NCBI GenBank assembly: GCA_013202295.1
Contig: JABMRT010000088.1
Span: forward strand, 1,357 to 65,356
DNA length: 64,000 nt
Direction of reading: 5' to 3'
DNA from: Candidatus Zhuqueibacterota bacterium
Lineage (GTDB): Bacteria > Zhuqueibacterota > QNDG01 > JABMRT01
The notes under the pieces are model-generated. The model was not told where the DNA came from and ran no database searches. It was given only the letters and a program-made list of their open reading frames with translations. The position numbers and the translations under genes were made by a program. Shown in pieces: positions 12,113 to 21,857 of the stretch. Numbering within the stretch: position 1 is the first letter of the stretch; each line of letters starts with the position of its first letter.

Positions 12113-12128
12113 TCAAAAAAAATGCCAA
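12113..12128 (-). promoter_or_regulatory. Possible sigma-54 promoter of the beta-helix gene
   Basis: Minus strand TTGGCATTTTTTTTGA (GG-N10-GA) 50 bp upstream of ATG, directly downstream of a sigma-54 activator gene. Confidence 0.5.
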
Positions 12129-12281
12129 ACTAAATTGGCAGGATTTAATCACAATAATAACTTTGACTTAAGGATGTTGGGATAATTTTTAAATTAAGTG
12201 AAAAAGGGAGGTGTTTTTTGAAAATATCTGCGGACAATAATACGTGAGTTGTTTTTTAAGGCTTTAGGTTCGCTAATAATC

Positions 12282-13784
12282 TCAGGACTTCTCAATGCCC
12301 AGCTTCTGCATCTTGTATCGGATGGTTTGTTCTGAAATTCCAAGCGCACGTGCGGCTTTTGACTGGTTCCAGTTATTGTCTCCAAGCGCCTGCCGGATGA
12401 GTGTTTCCTCATAATCGGCCAAGCTTTCGTTCAATGGTTTGTTTAATTCCGTGGATTGTCTTAACTCTTCTATTTCTTTCTTGAATTCCGGGGGAATGAG
12501 TTTAATATCAATTTGTTTCTTTCCCTTTGGTACCAAAGTCACCATGCGTTCCACAAAATTTTCCAACTCCCGGATGTTTCCAGGCCAGGAATGCGCTTTC
12601 ATGAAATCGATCACCTCTTCATGGAAATTTTCAATTTCTTTATTCTGCTGTTTTGAGAAGATGCGCATGAAATGGGTGGCCAGTAAAGGAATGTCTTCGC
12701 TTCTTTCTTCCAATGAAGGGATGTGAATGGGATACACCATGAGGCGATAGAACAGATCTTCCCTGAACTGCTTGTCCTGCACCATTTCTTTCAATGAGCT
12801 ACTTGCAGCGGTGATCACACGGACATTAACTTTGCGTGTTGTATTGCTACCAAGAGGGCGAATCTCACCTTCCTGCAGGACGCGGAGTAGTTTAGCTTGC
12901 AGATCAATCGGAAGGTTGGTAATTTCATCCATAAACAGAGTGCCGGTGTGTGCTTCTTCAAACAATCCTTTACGGGTAGTTGCTGCACCAGTGAACGCGC
13001 CTTTCATATGGCCGAACAATTCGCTTTCCATCAAATGTTCGGGAATCGCACCGCAATCAATCGTTATGAATGGACAGCTGAATCTGTCGCTTGATTGATG
13101 TATGGCTTTGGCAATGAGTTCCTTGCCAGTGCCGCTTTTCCCCTCCAGAAGCACTCGCACATCACAATGTGCTGCGGCTTCGATACTGTGGAGAAGTTCA
13201 ATAAATTCCTTGCTCTTACCCAGCAAACCATGGGCTTCATATTTACTTCGAAGGTTTTCTCTCAATATTGGTGAAGTAAAATATTGTTCAATACGCTGTA
13301 CATTTCTCAAGAATGGCGAGACAATCGCAGCCAACTTTTCCAGATTTGTCAGATTTTCATCTGAAAAAACCGATTCATCCTCGGAGATCAGCAAGAGAGT
13401 TCCAATAATGATGCACTCCGTTTTTAAGGGAACGCAAACAACGGAGTGAATGGAAGATTTCTTGAAAAGTTCTCTACGAAACCGTTTGTCTTTCAGAAGA
13501 TTCGGAGTGATAAAGGAAGATTTATTGTCAATCACCCATCCACTGATATTGGTATGGATGAAATGAGTCATTTGTTCGTCAGCGTTTTGCCCCTCCCTGT
13601 GGATTGTTTTTATCGTATGCCGCGTCTGCGGATTAATCATCAGAATGGAAGCCGACTCAGCCTTCATCATATCCGCGGCTTTTTTTGTTGTGAGACGAAG
13701 AATTTCCTGAAAGTCGTTTTGCTGAGCTAAAAGTGTGGCTAGCTCAATAATCGATTCCAATTCAATTGAATGGGCGTCTTTCAT
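12282..13784 (-). CDS. Sigma-54-dependent transcriptional activator (GAF-AAA+-Fis HTH)
   Basis: GKSGTGKE Walker A, ESELFGH.KGAFTGA, LFMDEI, WPGNIRELEN, NQSKAARALGIS HTH; N-terminal GAF. Confidence 0.95.
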   Translation of the reverse strand: MKDAHSIELESIIELATLLAQQNDFQEILRLTTKKAADMMKAESASILMINPQTRHTIKTIHREGQNADEQMTHFIHTNISGWVIDNKSSFITPNLLKDKRFRRELFKKSSIHSVVCVPLKTECIIIGTLLLISEDESVFSDENLTNLEKLAAIVSPFLRNVQRIEQYFTSPILRENLRSKYEAHGLLGKSKEFIELLHSIEAAAHCDVRVLLEGKSGTGKELIAKAIHQSSDRFSCPFITIDCGAIPEHLMESELFGHMKGAFTGAATTRKGLFEEAHTGTLFMDEITNLPIDLQAKLLRVLQEGEIRPLGSNTTRKVNVRVITAASSSLKEMVQDKQFREDLFYRLMVYPIHIPSLEERSEDIPLLATHFMRIFSKQQNKEIENFHEEVIDFMKAHSWPGNIRELENFVERMVTLVPKGKKQIDIKLIPPEFKKEIEELRQSTELNKPLNESLADYEETLIRQALGDNNWNQSKAARALGISEQTIRYKMQKLGIEKS

Positions 13785-13799
13785 TATATGTTTCTCTCA

Positions 13800-16118
13800 C
13801 TATTGTTCATCATTTTCAGGGAATCCTATTCGATGGAGTAAATCCTGAAATCTAGGATGGGTATGTAATTCATCAAATGCTGGCATGGCTTTTATATGTA
13901 AAATATATGGCTGGCGGAACTGATAAGCTGTCTCAAGCCAGACCAGAGCAGAATCCATTTTGCCTGCATGAGCATAAAGCCGGGCTATGGCCATATAATC
14001 ATTGAACTTGGGAACCCGTTTAGATAGTGCTTCAGCAAGATAATAAGGTACACCTTGATAACCCAACTCTGAATACCCTTTTTCTATAGCATTCAAAAGT
14101 TCTTTGTCTTTTCCCCATGATTTTTTATATGCGTTTAATGCCTCTTCGTACAATCCATTAAGCCACAAAGCCTCTCGGTAATTCGAAAGATACTCTATCA
14201 CATCTGGATTATTTGCAATAGCTTTCCTGCCGCCTTCAATAACCTCATCATATTGACGGCAGAGAATTCGATGAAAATCTAAAATTGTGCTCACCATATC
14301 AGAGAGCGGATCGTATAAATGACCAATTTCTACTTGTTTCAGACTTCCTTCTAAATCACCCATGATCATCAAGTAATCAGCATAAGCATGCCGGATGAGA
14401 GCATCATTGGGATTGAGTTCCAGAGCCTTCAATAAGTTTTTTCGGGCCGATTCCCAATCCCAATCATAATACATCTGGATGTAGCCAAGAGTTGTGTACG
14501 CTCCAGGAATATTGTCATCAAGGGCCATTGCTTTAATTGCATATTCGCGGGCTTTTGGAATCATATCAGATGCTGGTGCCCGTCCAAAGAATCCCATGAC
14601 GAGATAGGATGCAGACATGCCGACGTAAGCGGGGGCAAATTCTTCATCTAGATCGATTGCTTGTTGATAGTATTTGAGACTTTGATCAAACTGAAAACGA
14701 TCAAGATAATAACGGCCCTGAAGAACAAGTTCATGAACTTTTATATCCACAGGTTCTGCTTTTTCTAAGCGTTTTAATTCATGGGGATCGACAGCAATAT
14801 TAATCTCATCGACAATTAATCTGGCGATCTCACTGATCAAAGGTAAAGTGTGAAGCAAGTCACGATCAAAACTTTTAGCCCAGAGATGTTCGTCTGTTGA
14901 ACCGTATATAAGCTGTGCTGTAATTCGAACCTGATTTTCTTCACGTAAAACGGAACCTTCAAGTACCGCATCAACGTTAAGTATATGCGCAATCTCAGGG
15001 ATAGTCATCCTTGTTTCATCAAATTGCATAGTAGATGTTTTGGATATAACACGCAAAGCACTTATTTGAGACAATTGAGTAATTAAAGCATCCTGCATGC
15101 CTTCTACAAAATAAACTTGATCAGGATTTCCGGATAGATTTTCCAATGGAAGGACAGCGATTGAATGGATATCGTGATCGCGATGGATAAAAAAGTGCAA
15201 ACCATACACTATGATAATGATAAGGATAAGCCACTTACCCACAATACTTCGCCAGTTAAGGAACGCCCTCACTCCTCTTCGGTTTCGGGAAAACCGGAAA
15301 GCCGAAACATCTTTATTTATTTGTTCCAGATCTTTCTTCAAATCTGTCGTATGCTGATACCGTTCTTTCGGATCCTTTTCCAATGCCCTGCTTATGATAT
15401 GCTCCAGTGGTTTCGGAATTTTCTGATTTGTATCAGTAATGGACGATGGCTCTTTATTTAAAATGGAATAGATGATGACCTGATCCACTTCACCGGGGAA
15501 TGGCAGTTTCCCTGTGATCATTTCATACAGGATGACGCCCAATGACCAGATATCAGTGCGATGATCAACCTCATTACCGGATGCCTGTTCAAAGGACATG
15601 TATGCAACCGTCCCAATGCTGGTACTCTCTTTGGTAAGACGGGTCTGCCCTAATGACCTGGCCAGTCCAAAATCCATTATCTTGACCTGACCATCACTCG
15701 TGATCATGATATTTGCGCTCTTTACATCACGGTGGATGATACCATGCTGATGCGCTTCCTGCAATCCAGCGCAGATTTGAGTTCCAATCCGGATTATCTC
15801 ATCGATAGGAAGGGAAGCAGATTTTATTTTATCCTGTAAAGTTTGCCCCTGGATGTACTCCATAACAATAAAGAGATGGTCATCCACTTCGTCTATTTCA
15901 TGAATCGTACATATGTTGGGATGATTGAGTTTTGCTGCGGCTTGAGCTTCTTGAATGAATCGTTGTTTAGCTTCTAAATCAAGAATAAAAACTGGAGATA
16001 ATAATTTTATTGCGACTCGTCGGTGCAGTTTTTGGTCCTCAGCGAGATAGACTTCTCCCATACCTCCCTGACCCAATTTATCAAGTATTTTATAATGTGA
16101 GAGTATCTTTCCAATCAT
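13800..16118 (-). CDS. Hanks-type Ser/Thr protein kinase with TM helix, TolB-like (IAVLP) domain and TPR repeats
   Basis: LGQGGMGEVY, VAIK, HRDVKSANIM, DFGLAR, DIWSLG; SIAVLPLENLS; helical TPR C-terminus. Start likely ATG 16118 (track TTG 16124). Confidence 0.92.
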   Translation of the reverse strand: MIGKILSHYKILDKLGQGGMGEVYLAEDQKLHRRVAIKLLSPVFILDLEAKQRFIQEAQAAAKLNHPNICTIHEIDEVDDHLFIVMEYIQGQTLQDKIKSASLPIDEIIRIGTQICAGLQEAHQHGIIHRDVKSANIMITSDGQVKIMDFGLARSLGQTRLTKESTSIGTVAYMSFEQASGNEVDHRTDIWSLGVILYEMITGKLPFPGEVDQVIIYSILNKEPSSITDTNQKIPKPLEHIISRALEKDPKERYQHTTDLKKDLEQINKDVSAFRFSRNRRGVRAFLNWRSIVGKWLILIIIIVYGLHFFIHRDHDIHSIAVLPLENLSGNPDQVYFVEGMQDALITQLSQISALRVISKTSTMQFDETRMTIPEIAHILNVDAVLEGSVLREENQVRITAQLIYGSTDEHLWAKSFDRDLLHTLPLISEIARLIVDEINIAVDPHELKRLEKAEPVDIKVHELVLQGRYYLDRFQFDQSLKYYQQAIDLDEEFAPAYVGMSASYLVMGFFGRAPASDMIPKAREYAIKAMALDDNIPGAYTTLGYIQMYYDWDWESARKNLLKALELNPNDALIRHAYADYLMIMGDLEGSLKQVEIGHLYDPLSDMVSTILDFHRILCRQYDEVIEGGRKAIANNPDVIEYLSNYREALWLNGLYEEALNAYKKSWGKDKELLNAIEKGYSELGYQGVPYYLAEALSKRVPKFNDYMAIARLYAHAGKMDSALVWLETAYQFRQPYILHIKAMPAFDELHTHPRFQDLLHRIGFPENDEQ

Positions 16119-16233
16119 GTACAATACTCCCGGTTAGGGGATCAATTAGAGTACATTGAAGTTATAATCTGCCTGAGTCATTTTCTAATAGAATAATTAC
16201 AAGTATTTAATCAATTCATGCGAAATTGTGTTT

Positions 16234-16563
16234 TTAATCACTATTTTCTTTGCCTGTCAACCGCTCAATCTCCGCCTCAATTGCAGGAAGCACTGCTTCC
16301 ATAATAAATTGATGCATCGACTTACCGGTCTTTTTATTGATAAATTGTAGCTTAAGCATATCCGGTTCAGACAATCGGAGACTGAATAATTTCTTGACAT
16401 CCTCACGCACATAAGGAGCTTCCCATGGATAAACTTCATCCTTGATCTTTTCTGGAGTATCTTCAACCACATCTTCACCCACAATAAACCGTTGCCTGGC
16501 AGCTTCAAGTTCTTCACATGTTTTAGGAACAGGCGGCTTGCTTTTCAGATTACGCTCTTCCAT
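16234..16563 (-). CDS. Small partner of ParA (StbC/ParG-like, putative ribbon-helix-helix)
   Basis: ATG 16563 overlaps the parA 3' end; YPWE...VREDVKKLFSLRLSEP.MLKLQFI...SMHQFIMEAV resembles plasmid StbC-type proteins (from recall). Confidence 0.65.
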   Translation of the reverse strand: MEERNLKSKPPVPKTCEELEAARQRFIVGEDVVEDTPEKIKDEVYPWEAPYVREDVKKLFSLRLSEPDMLKLQFINKKTGKSMHQFIMEAVLPAIEAEIERLTGKENSD

Positions 16564-17203
16564 TATAAACCTCCTGATATAAGCGATCCATCTCATCAAC
16601 AGCCCGTGAATCTGGCGGCTGTACTTCTTCGACACTCAATCCCTGAGCTGCGGCTCGTTTATAAGCAATTCGATCACGAATTACAAGGCCGGAGAAAGCA
16701 AGTTGTTGATATTCTTTGAGGATCTGTATTGTTTCCTCTGTCTCGGTTACGATGGGATTACTTGAAGCGCGATTGATGATCACAGATGCCTTGAGTTTGG
16801 GATTCACCCTCCGCGCCTCATGCACCAGATCATTCATGCGTTGCAATGTCCATATATCAAATTGTGAAGGCTGGATGGGAATGAACAGGGAATCTGCTAT
16901 GGTCATGGTTGCGCGCAACTCCACACTGTTACGACCGCCCGCGTCAATAATTATATCTTCATATACCTGATACGGAGACTGTCCGAGCCTCAGTACACTA
17001 CCACCCAACTTGAGCGCCGTCACAATCGGCTTGTTCTCTCTGGGACTATCATTTCGAGTCAGGGACCAGAAATTAGCGCTTTCCTGCTTATCCGTATCAA
17101 TTAAAAGGACATCATGCCCCCGGATTACCCGGAGCGCCGCCAAATTGGTCGCGAGTGTGGTTTTTCCAGTCCCGCCTTTTTCTCCACCAAGAATCACTAT
17201 CAT
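16550..17203 (-). CDS. parA: ParA/StbB-family (plasmid type Ib) ATPase
   Basis: GGEKGGTGKTT deviant Walker A, IDTDKQ, IIDAGG, IPIQPSQFD, RDRIAY; short, no N-terminal HTH. Confidence 0.9.
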   Translation of the reverse strand: MIVILGGEKGGTGKTTLATNLAALRVIRGHDVLLIDTDKQESANFWSLTRNDSPRENKPIVTALKLGGSVLRLGQSPYQVYEDIIIDAGGRNSVELRATMTIADSLFIPIQPSQFDIWTLQRMNDLVHEARRVNPKLKASVIINRASSNPIVTETEETIQILKEYQQLAFSGLVIRDRIAYKRAAAQGLSVEEVQPPDSRAVDEMDRLYQEVYNGRA

Positions 17204-17441
17204 CGTGTTGTAAAATATGCAATTGCGGACAAAAATGCAAGCAATTTATGTGAAATGATGTGACTTGACATCAAATCAGTATCTGTGCATTGGGAACATA
17301 ACAACATTGACACCGTTTTACATGCAAATTTAAACTTAAATTTGGACACTTGGGATAGACAGAGCACATTTTTATAAATAACTATTTTGCATAGTCCGGA
17401 TTTTAGTTATATTGCACTCAATGATAGAATAAGGAGGAATC

Positions 17442-17828
17442 ATGATTGAGAAAAAAGCAGTTTATCGTTGCGAACATTGCGGAAACCTTGTAGAATCACT
17501 CTGGAACGGCCAGCCCGATATTACCTGTTGCGGTCACACCATGGTGAAGCTGAACCCCAATACAACGGATGCAGCCACTGAAAAGCATGTCCCTGTAATC
17601 GAGAGAAGCGGAAATAAAGTCACCATCAAGGTGGGCGAAGTGGCCCATCCCATGACACCTGAGCATTACATCCTTTTTGTGGAGCTCCTCGCTGGGGATA
17701 AAGTCTACCGTCACGACTTCAATGAAAACGATACTGTAGCTGAAGCCACGTTTCTCGTGGATGAATCCGTGACCGGCCTTGTGGCGCGTGAATTCTGCAA
17801 CAAACACGGATTCTGGGCAAGCAAGTAA
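17442..17828 (+). CDS. dfx: Desulfoferrodoxin (2Fe superoxide reductase)
   Basis: YRCEHCGN...CCG centre I; EKHVP, HPM...HYI, CNKHG centre II; AAGGAGG RBS. Confidence 0.95.
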   Translation: MIEKKAVYRCEHCGNLVESLWNGQPDITCCGHTMVKLNPNTTDAATEKHVPVIERSGNKVTIKVGEVAHPMTPEHYILFVELLAGDKVYRHDFNENDTVAEATFLVDESVTGLVAREFCNKHGFWASK

Positions 17829-17850
17829 TTACATAATCTAAACGTAATTT

Positions 17851-17889
17851 TGGAAAAGCCTCCTGTGTATGCCGGAGGCTTCCATTTTT
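17851..17889 (+). terminator. Intrinsic terminator after dfx
   Basis: AAGCCTCC...GGAGGCTT stem followed by CCATTTTTC. Confidence 0.65.
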
Positions 17890-17911
17890 CATATCCGATA
17901 AAGGTGAATGG

Positions 17912-19099
17912 ATGCATCCCTCCTATCCGATCCTCACACTAAAACGAAATCGTGAGTATGCAATACTCAAAGGCCATCCCTGGATCTTTTCAGGAGCCAT
18001 TGCGAATTTAGATGTGGATATTCAGCCAGGAACGGTTGTGCAGGTGCGCTCATATGATAATCAGGATTTGGGATTGGGGTTTTTCAATTCAAAATCTGAT
18101 ATCACAATTCGCATGATCTCCCGAACTTGTGATCAACCAGTCAATCAGAATTTTTGGAGGAACCCGATTCAGTCCGCTGTTCAAATGCGGAAACGAGTCG
18201 TCTCATCGGACACAAATGCATTCCGCCTGATCAATGCAGAGGGCGATGGCATGCCCGGCCTGATCGTGGATCAATATCATGACTCCCTTGCAATCTCTTT
18301 TCAAACTGCAGGCATGGAATCCTTCCGTGACATGATTCTTGATATCCTGATTGAGGTCGTATCTCCCTCAGCAATATACGAACGCAGCGACAGCCGCTCA
18401 CGCCGCAGAGAGGGCCTGCAAGATCGAAGTGGATGGCTCAAAGAACCGCAATCCATAGACCCGTTGATCATTCTGGAGAATGGACTAAAGTTCGAAGTGG
18501 ATATCGTATCCGGCCAGAAAACGGGATTCTTCCTTGATCAACGCCCAAACCGTCAGATATGCCGTGAGGTTAGTCAGGGATTGCGGGTGCTGAATTGTTT
18601 TTCCTATACTGGAGGTTTTTCGATTTACGGTGCGGCAGGAGGGGCAAATCAAGTTGTCTCTCTGGAATCCTCTAAAACGGCCAATGAAACAGCGGTTCGT
18701 AATTTGGAATCGAACGGATTCTCGTCGAACATCCATCCGGTGATCACAGGGGATGTGTTTGATTATCTGAAAAATGCGGAGGAAACATTTGACCTGATCA
18801 TACTCGATCCGCCCGCCTTCGCCAAATCGCACAGGGATGTGCAACGCGCATCTCGTGGTTATAATGAGATCAACCGACAGGCCATGCTGCGTCTCCAATC
18901 AGGCGGATTGCTCATGACTTTTTCCTGTTCCAATCCGCTTTCGGATGAAATGTTCCATAAAATCATCCTCAATGCAGCCGCTGATGCAGGAAAATCTGTT
19001 CAACTACTTCAGCCATTGGGTCCCGGGCCCGATCATCCAGTGCTACTCGCACATTCTGAGGGACATTACCTGAAAGGCCTCCTTTTAAGAATTATTTAA
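17912..19099 (+). CDS. rlmI: 23S rRNA m5C1962 methyltransferase RlmI family
   Basis: GHPWIFSGAI (PUA), EGDGMPGLIVD, GQKTGFFLDQR, LNCFSYTGGF, ILDPPAF, TFSCS, EGHYLK. Confidence 0.9.
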   Translation: MHPSYPILTLKRNREYAILKGHPWIFSGAIANLDVDIQPGTVVQVRSYDNQDLGLGFFNSKSDITIRMISRTCDQPVNQNFWRNPIQSAVQMRKRVVSSDTNAFRLINAEGDGMPGLIVDQYHDSLAISFQTAGMESFRDMILDILIEVVSPSAIYERSDSRSRRREGLQDRSGWLKEPQSIDPLIILENGLKFEVDIVSGQKTGFFLDQRPNRQICREVSQGLRVLNCFSYTGGFSIYGAAGGANQVVSLESSKTANETAVRNLESNGFSSNIHPVITGDVFDYLKNAEETFDLIILDPPAFAKSHRDVQRASRGYNEINRQAMLRLQSGGLLMTFSCSNPLSDEMFHKIILNAAADAGKSVQLLQPLGPGPDHPVLLAHSEGHYLKGLLLRII

Positions 19100-19187
19100 T
19101 CACAGTCCGACATTTCCCCGCTTGACTTTTTCATACATCTTTTTAAATTGAGAAATATCACATTGAAGCACAAAGGGAGGCACATCT

Positions 19188-20552
19188 TTGAAAAATCAAG
19201 ACAAGGCAGATCAATCTTTATCAAGACGTCAGTTCCTGGGAGGGCTGACAGCTGCAGCAGCACTAACCATTGTGCCACGACATGTACTTGGAGGTCCGGG
19301 GTACACTGCGCCTAGCGACAAAATGAACATTGCTTGCGTGGGTATCGGCGGCATGGGCGCTACCAATCTCAGTGCTCTGGAGGGAGAGAACATCGTCGCA
19401 CTCTGCGATGTGGATGATGATTATGCTTCAAAAATCTATTTGAAATATCCTGGAGCAAAACGTTATCATGACTATCGAGTCATGCTGGATAAGCAAAGGA
19501 ATATCGATGGTGTGGTTGTGGCCACACCCGATCATATGCATACAGTCGTTACATTGGCTGCCATGCAATCAGGATTGCATGTCTACACACAAAAGCCGCT
19601 CACCCGATTGGTTTCTGAAGCGCGGGCGCTTACAGATGCCGCCAAGAAATATAATGTGGTCACACAAATGGGCAATCAAGGGCATAGCGGTGAAGACCTT
19701 CGCCTGATTTGCGAGTGGATTTGGGATGGCGCGATCGGCACAGTTCAGGAAGTACATGCATGGACCAACCGACCTGTTTGGCCTCAGGGCATTGCCAAAC
19801 GACCCGAAACACAACCTGTTCCCGAAACATTAAATTGGGATCTCTATCTGGGTCCTGTGAAAGAACGTGGATACAATCCAATCTATCATCCGTTCCAATG
19901 GCGCGGCTGGTGGGATTTTGGCACAGGCGCACTTGGTGATATGGGATGTCACATCATAGATTCCGCCTTTGCTGCACTGGATTTACAGGATCCAACCAGT
20001 GTGGAAGCCAGTGTGGCCATGATCGTGAATCCGGATAACATTTGGGAAAAATTGGAAAATTTCGAGACCTTTCCCCATACATCCATCGTGCATTTTCAAT
20101 TTCCTGAGAAAAACGGACGACCAGCTTTGAAACTGACATGGTATGATGGAGGTCTTTTCCCGCCCCGCCCGGATGAACTGGAACCAGAGCGTCGTATGCC
20201 TGAGAGTGGATTGCTATTTGTGGGAGATAAAGGCAAGCTCATGAGCGGCGATGGAAGCACGCGTTTAATTCCTGAAACCTTCATGCAGAGCTATGAGCGG
20301 CCCGAGAAAACCCTCCCGCGAATCACAACATCGCACGAAGAGAATTGGGTGCAAGCCTGTAAAACCGGACAGAATGCCTCATCTCATTTTGGCATTGCTG
20401 GACCGCTAACTGAGACTGTTTTACTCGGCAATCTGGCGGTTCGTTTCCCGCAACAGAAACTGGAGTGGGATACGAAATCCATGCAAGTGACCAACCACAA
20501 CGAAGCCAATGCCTACGTACAACCCGATTTTCAGGAAGGGTGGTCATTGTAA
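19188..20552 (+). CDS. Tat-exported Gfo/Idh/MocA-family oxidoreductase
   Basis: SRRQFLG twin-arginine motif; GIGGMG, VATPDHMH, QKPLT, WRGWWDFGTGALGDMGCH. Confidence 0.92.
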   Translation: MKNQDKADQSLSRRQFLGGLTAAAALTIVPRHVLGGPGYTAPSDKMNIACVGIGGMGATNLSALEGENIVALCDVDDDYASKIYLKYPGAKRYHDYRVMLDKQRNIDGVVVATPDHMHTVVTLAAMQSGLHVYTQKPLTRLVSEARALTDAAKKYNVVTQMGNQGHSGEDLRLICEWIWDGAIGTVQEVHAWTNRPVWPQGIAKRPETQPVPETLNWDLYLGPVKERGYNPIYHPFQWRGWWDFGTGALGDMGCHIIDSAFAALDLQDPTSVEASVAMIVNPDNIWEKLENFETFPHTSIVHFQFPEKNGRPALKLTWYDGGLFPPRPDELEPERRMPESGLLFVGDKGKLMSGDGSTRLIPETFMQSYERPEKTLPRITTSHEENWVQACKTGQNASSHFGIAGPLTETVLLGNLAVRFPQQKLEWDTKSMQVTNHNEANAYVQPDFQEGWSL

Positions 20553-20563
20553 TAGATTCAGAT

Positions 20564-20597
20564 AAAAAAAGCCCTCCATTTTCCGGAGGGCTTTTTT
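20564..20597. terminator. Bidirectional intrinsic terminator
   Basis: AAAAAAAGCCCTCC-attttcc-GGAGGGCTTTTTT between convergent genes. Confidence 0.88.
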
Positions 20598-20639
20598 ATT
20601 GTTTCCCCTTTACTGTCTCCCGCCTCAATCCTCTCGCAC

Positions 20640-21653
20640 CTACCCCTTCACCTCCTCCACAATCTCACTCCATTTTCCAGACTGATACACCTTACGTCTC
20701 GGATTAGTTTCTTCACATTCCCATTTGATGAGGCGAATGGTATCGTTCTCAATCTCAAGCGTGGTTAGACCATCAGAGTAAATCCCGCAGCCAGTATTGA
20801 AATAACAGGGTAATGGATCGCCGGATGGATCGATAGTTAGAATGTCCCGCTTGTTCTTTTGCTCCTTCTTTATCGCAAGGTTGATGCTCTCTCGTTCATC
20901 ATCACTTTTTGTGAATTTTAGCTTTTTTCTCAGTCGATCATAATATGATTCGGAGGCAAATATCGCACGATGTGAATGTCCGCATAATAGGATGACACGG
21001 TGCTTTTTCGCCCAGCCATAGAGGATGTGTTCATAATCCTTCACAATACTGGCCTTGAGCATTTTACCCGTTACTTTGAACCCAAACTTCCTGGCAACCG
21101 GCTCAACATATCTATACAGACGGACCACAAACCTGCTGAACCATTTGCATTTGTCCGCGTCCAGGCTGCCCTGGTGGCCATGTACAAGCAGTGCACAGGG
21201 GCGTCCATTAGAGTCCTCAAATTTTATCGCTTCGGATGCAGCCACTGTAACCGGCGGATTGTTCTTGCCCGGATCCGATGGAGCTTCCCAATCCTGATCA
21301 TGATTTCCAAACACGCGCACAATACGGTCGTCACCAAACGCGCGCATGGCTTTATAGACCGATTCATTGTAGCGTTTGCACACCTCATCAAGATCAAATT
21401 GCCAGAACTCTTCAATATCACCCAGAAGAATCAAACTGTATCCGTTTTTCGCGTAGAATCTGAGCGCCTCACACAAAGCATTCTCATTGATATGGAAATC
21501 ATCCGCTGCACTCCCGTCGCCAAAATGCATATCGCTCATCATGACAATGGATTGATTTTGCGGTTTCAGTACAGGATATCGCGGATCGGCCCACAGTGCA
21601 TTCAAACGTTTTTCCGTTAAAGCAGGATCTTGTGACATATCCAATCCCTCCAA
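20640..21653 (-). CDS. Calcineurin-like metallophosphoesterase (LpxH-related)
   Basis: SDMHFG, LLGD, FGNHD, VHGH, CGHSH motifs. Confidence 0.88.
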   Translation of the reverse strand: MEGLDMSQDPALTEKRLNALWADPRYPVLKPQNQSIVMMSDMHFGDGSAADDFHINENALCEALRFYAKNGYSLILLGDIEEFWQFDLDEVCKRYNESVYKAMRAFGDDRIVRVFGNHDQDWEAPSDPGKNNPPVTVAASEAIKFEDSNGRPCALLVHGHQGSLDADKCKWFSRFVVRLYRYVEPVARKFGFKVTGKMLKASIVKDYEHILYGWAKKHRVILLCGHSHRAIFASESYYDRLRKKLKFTKSDDERESINLAIKKEQKNKRDILTIDPSGDPLPCYFNTGCGIYSDGLTTLEIENDTIRLIKWECEETNPRRKVYQSGKWSEIVEEVKG

Positions 21654-21857
21654 CTTTTAAATGGGATAAAAACCAAACGATGAGAAACATAAGCTACAGA
21701 ATAGCGGAAAGATAGACAAGGAAAGCGGAAATTTCAAGAAGATTTTTTATACTTAAAAATTTACTCTGAACTTGGTGACCGAATTAGGAGGAACTCCAAC
21801 AAAGGATTTGAAATCGGGAAAAGTCCACAGTGTTGATAATTTTTCAGGAATCTGAAA

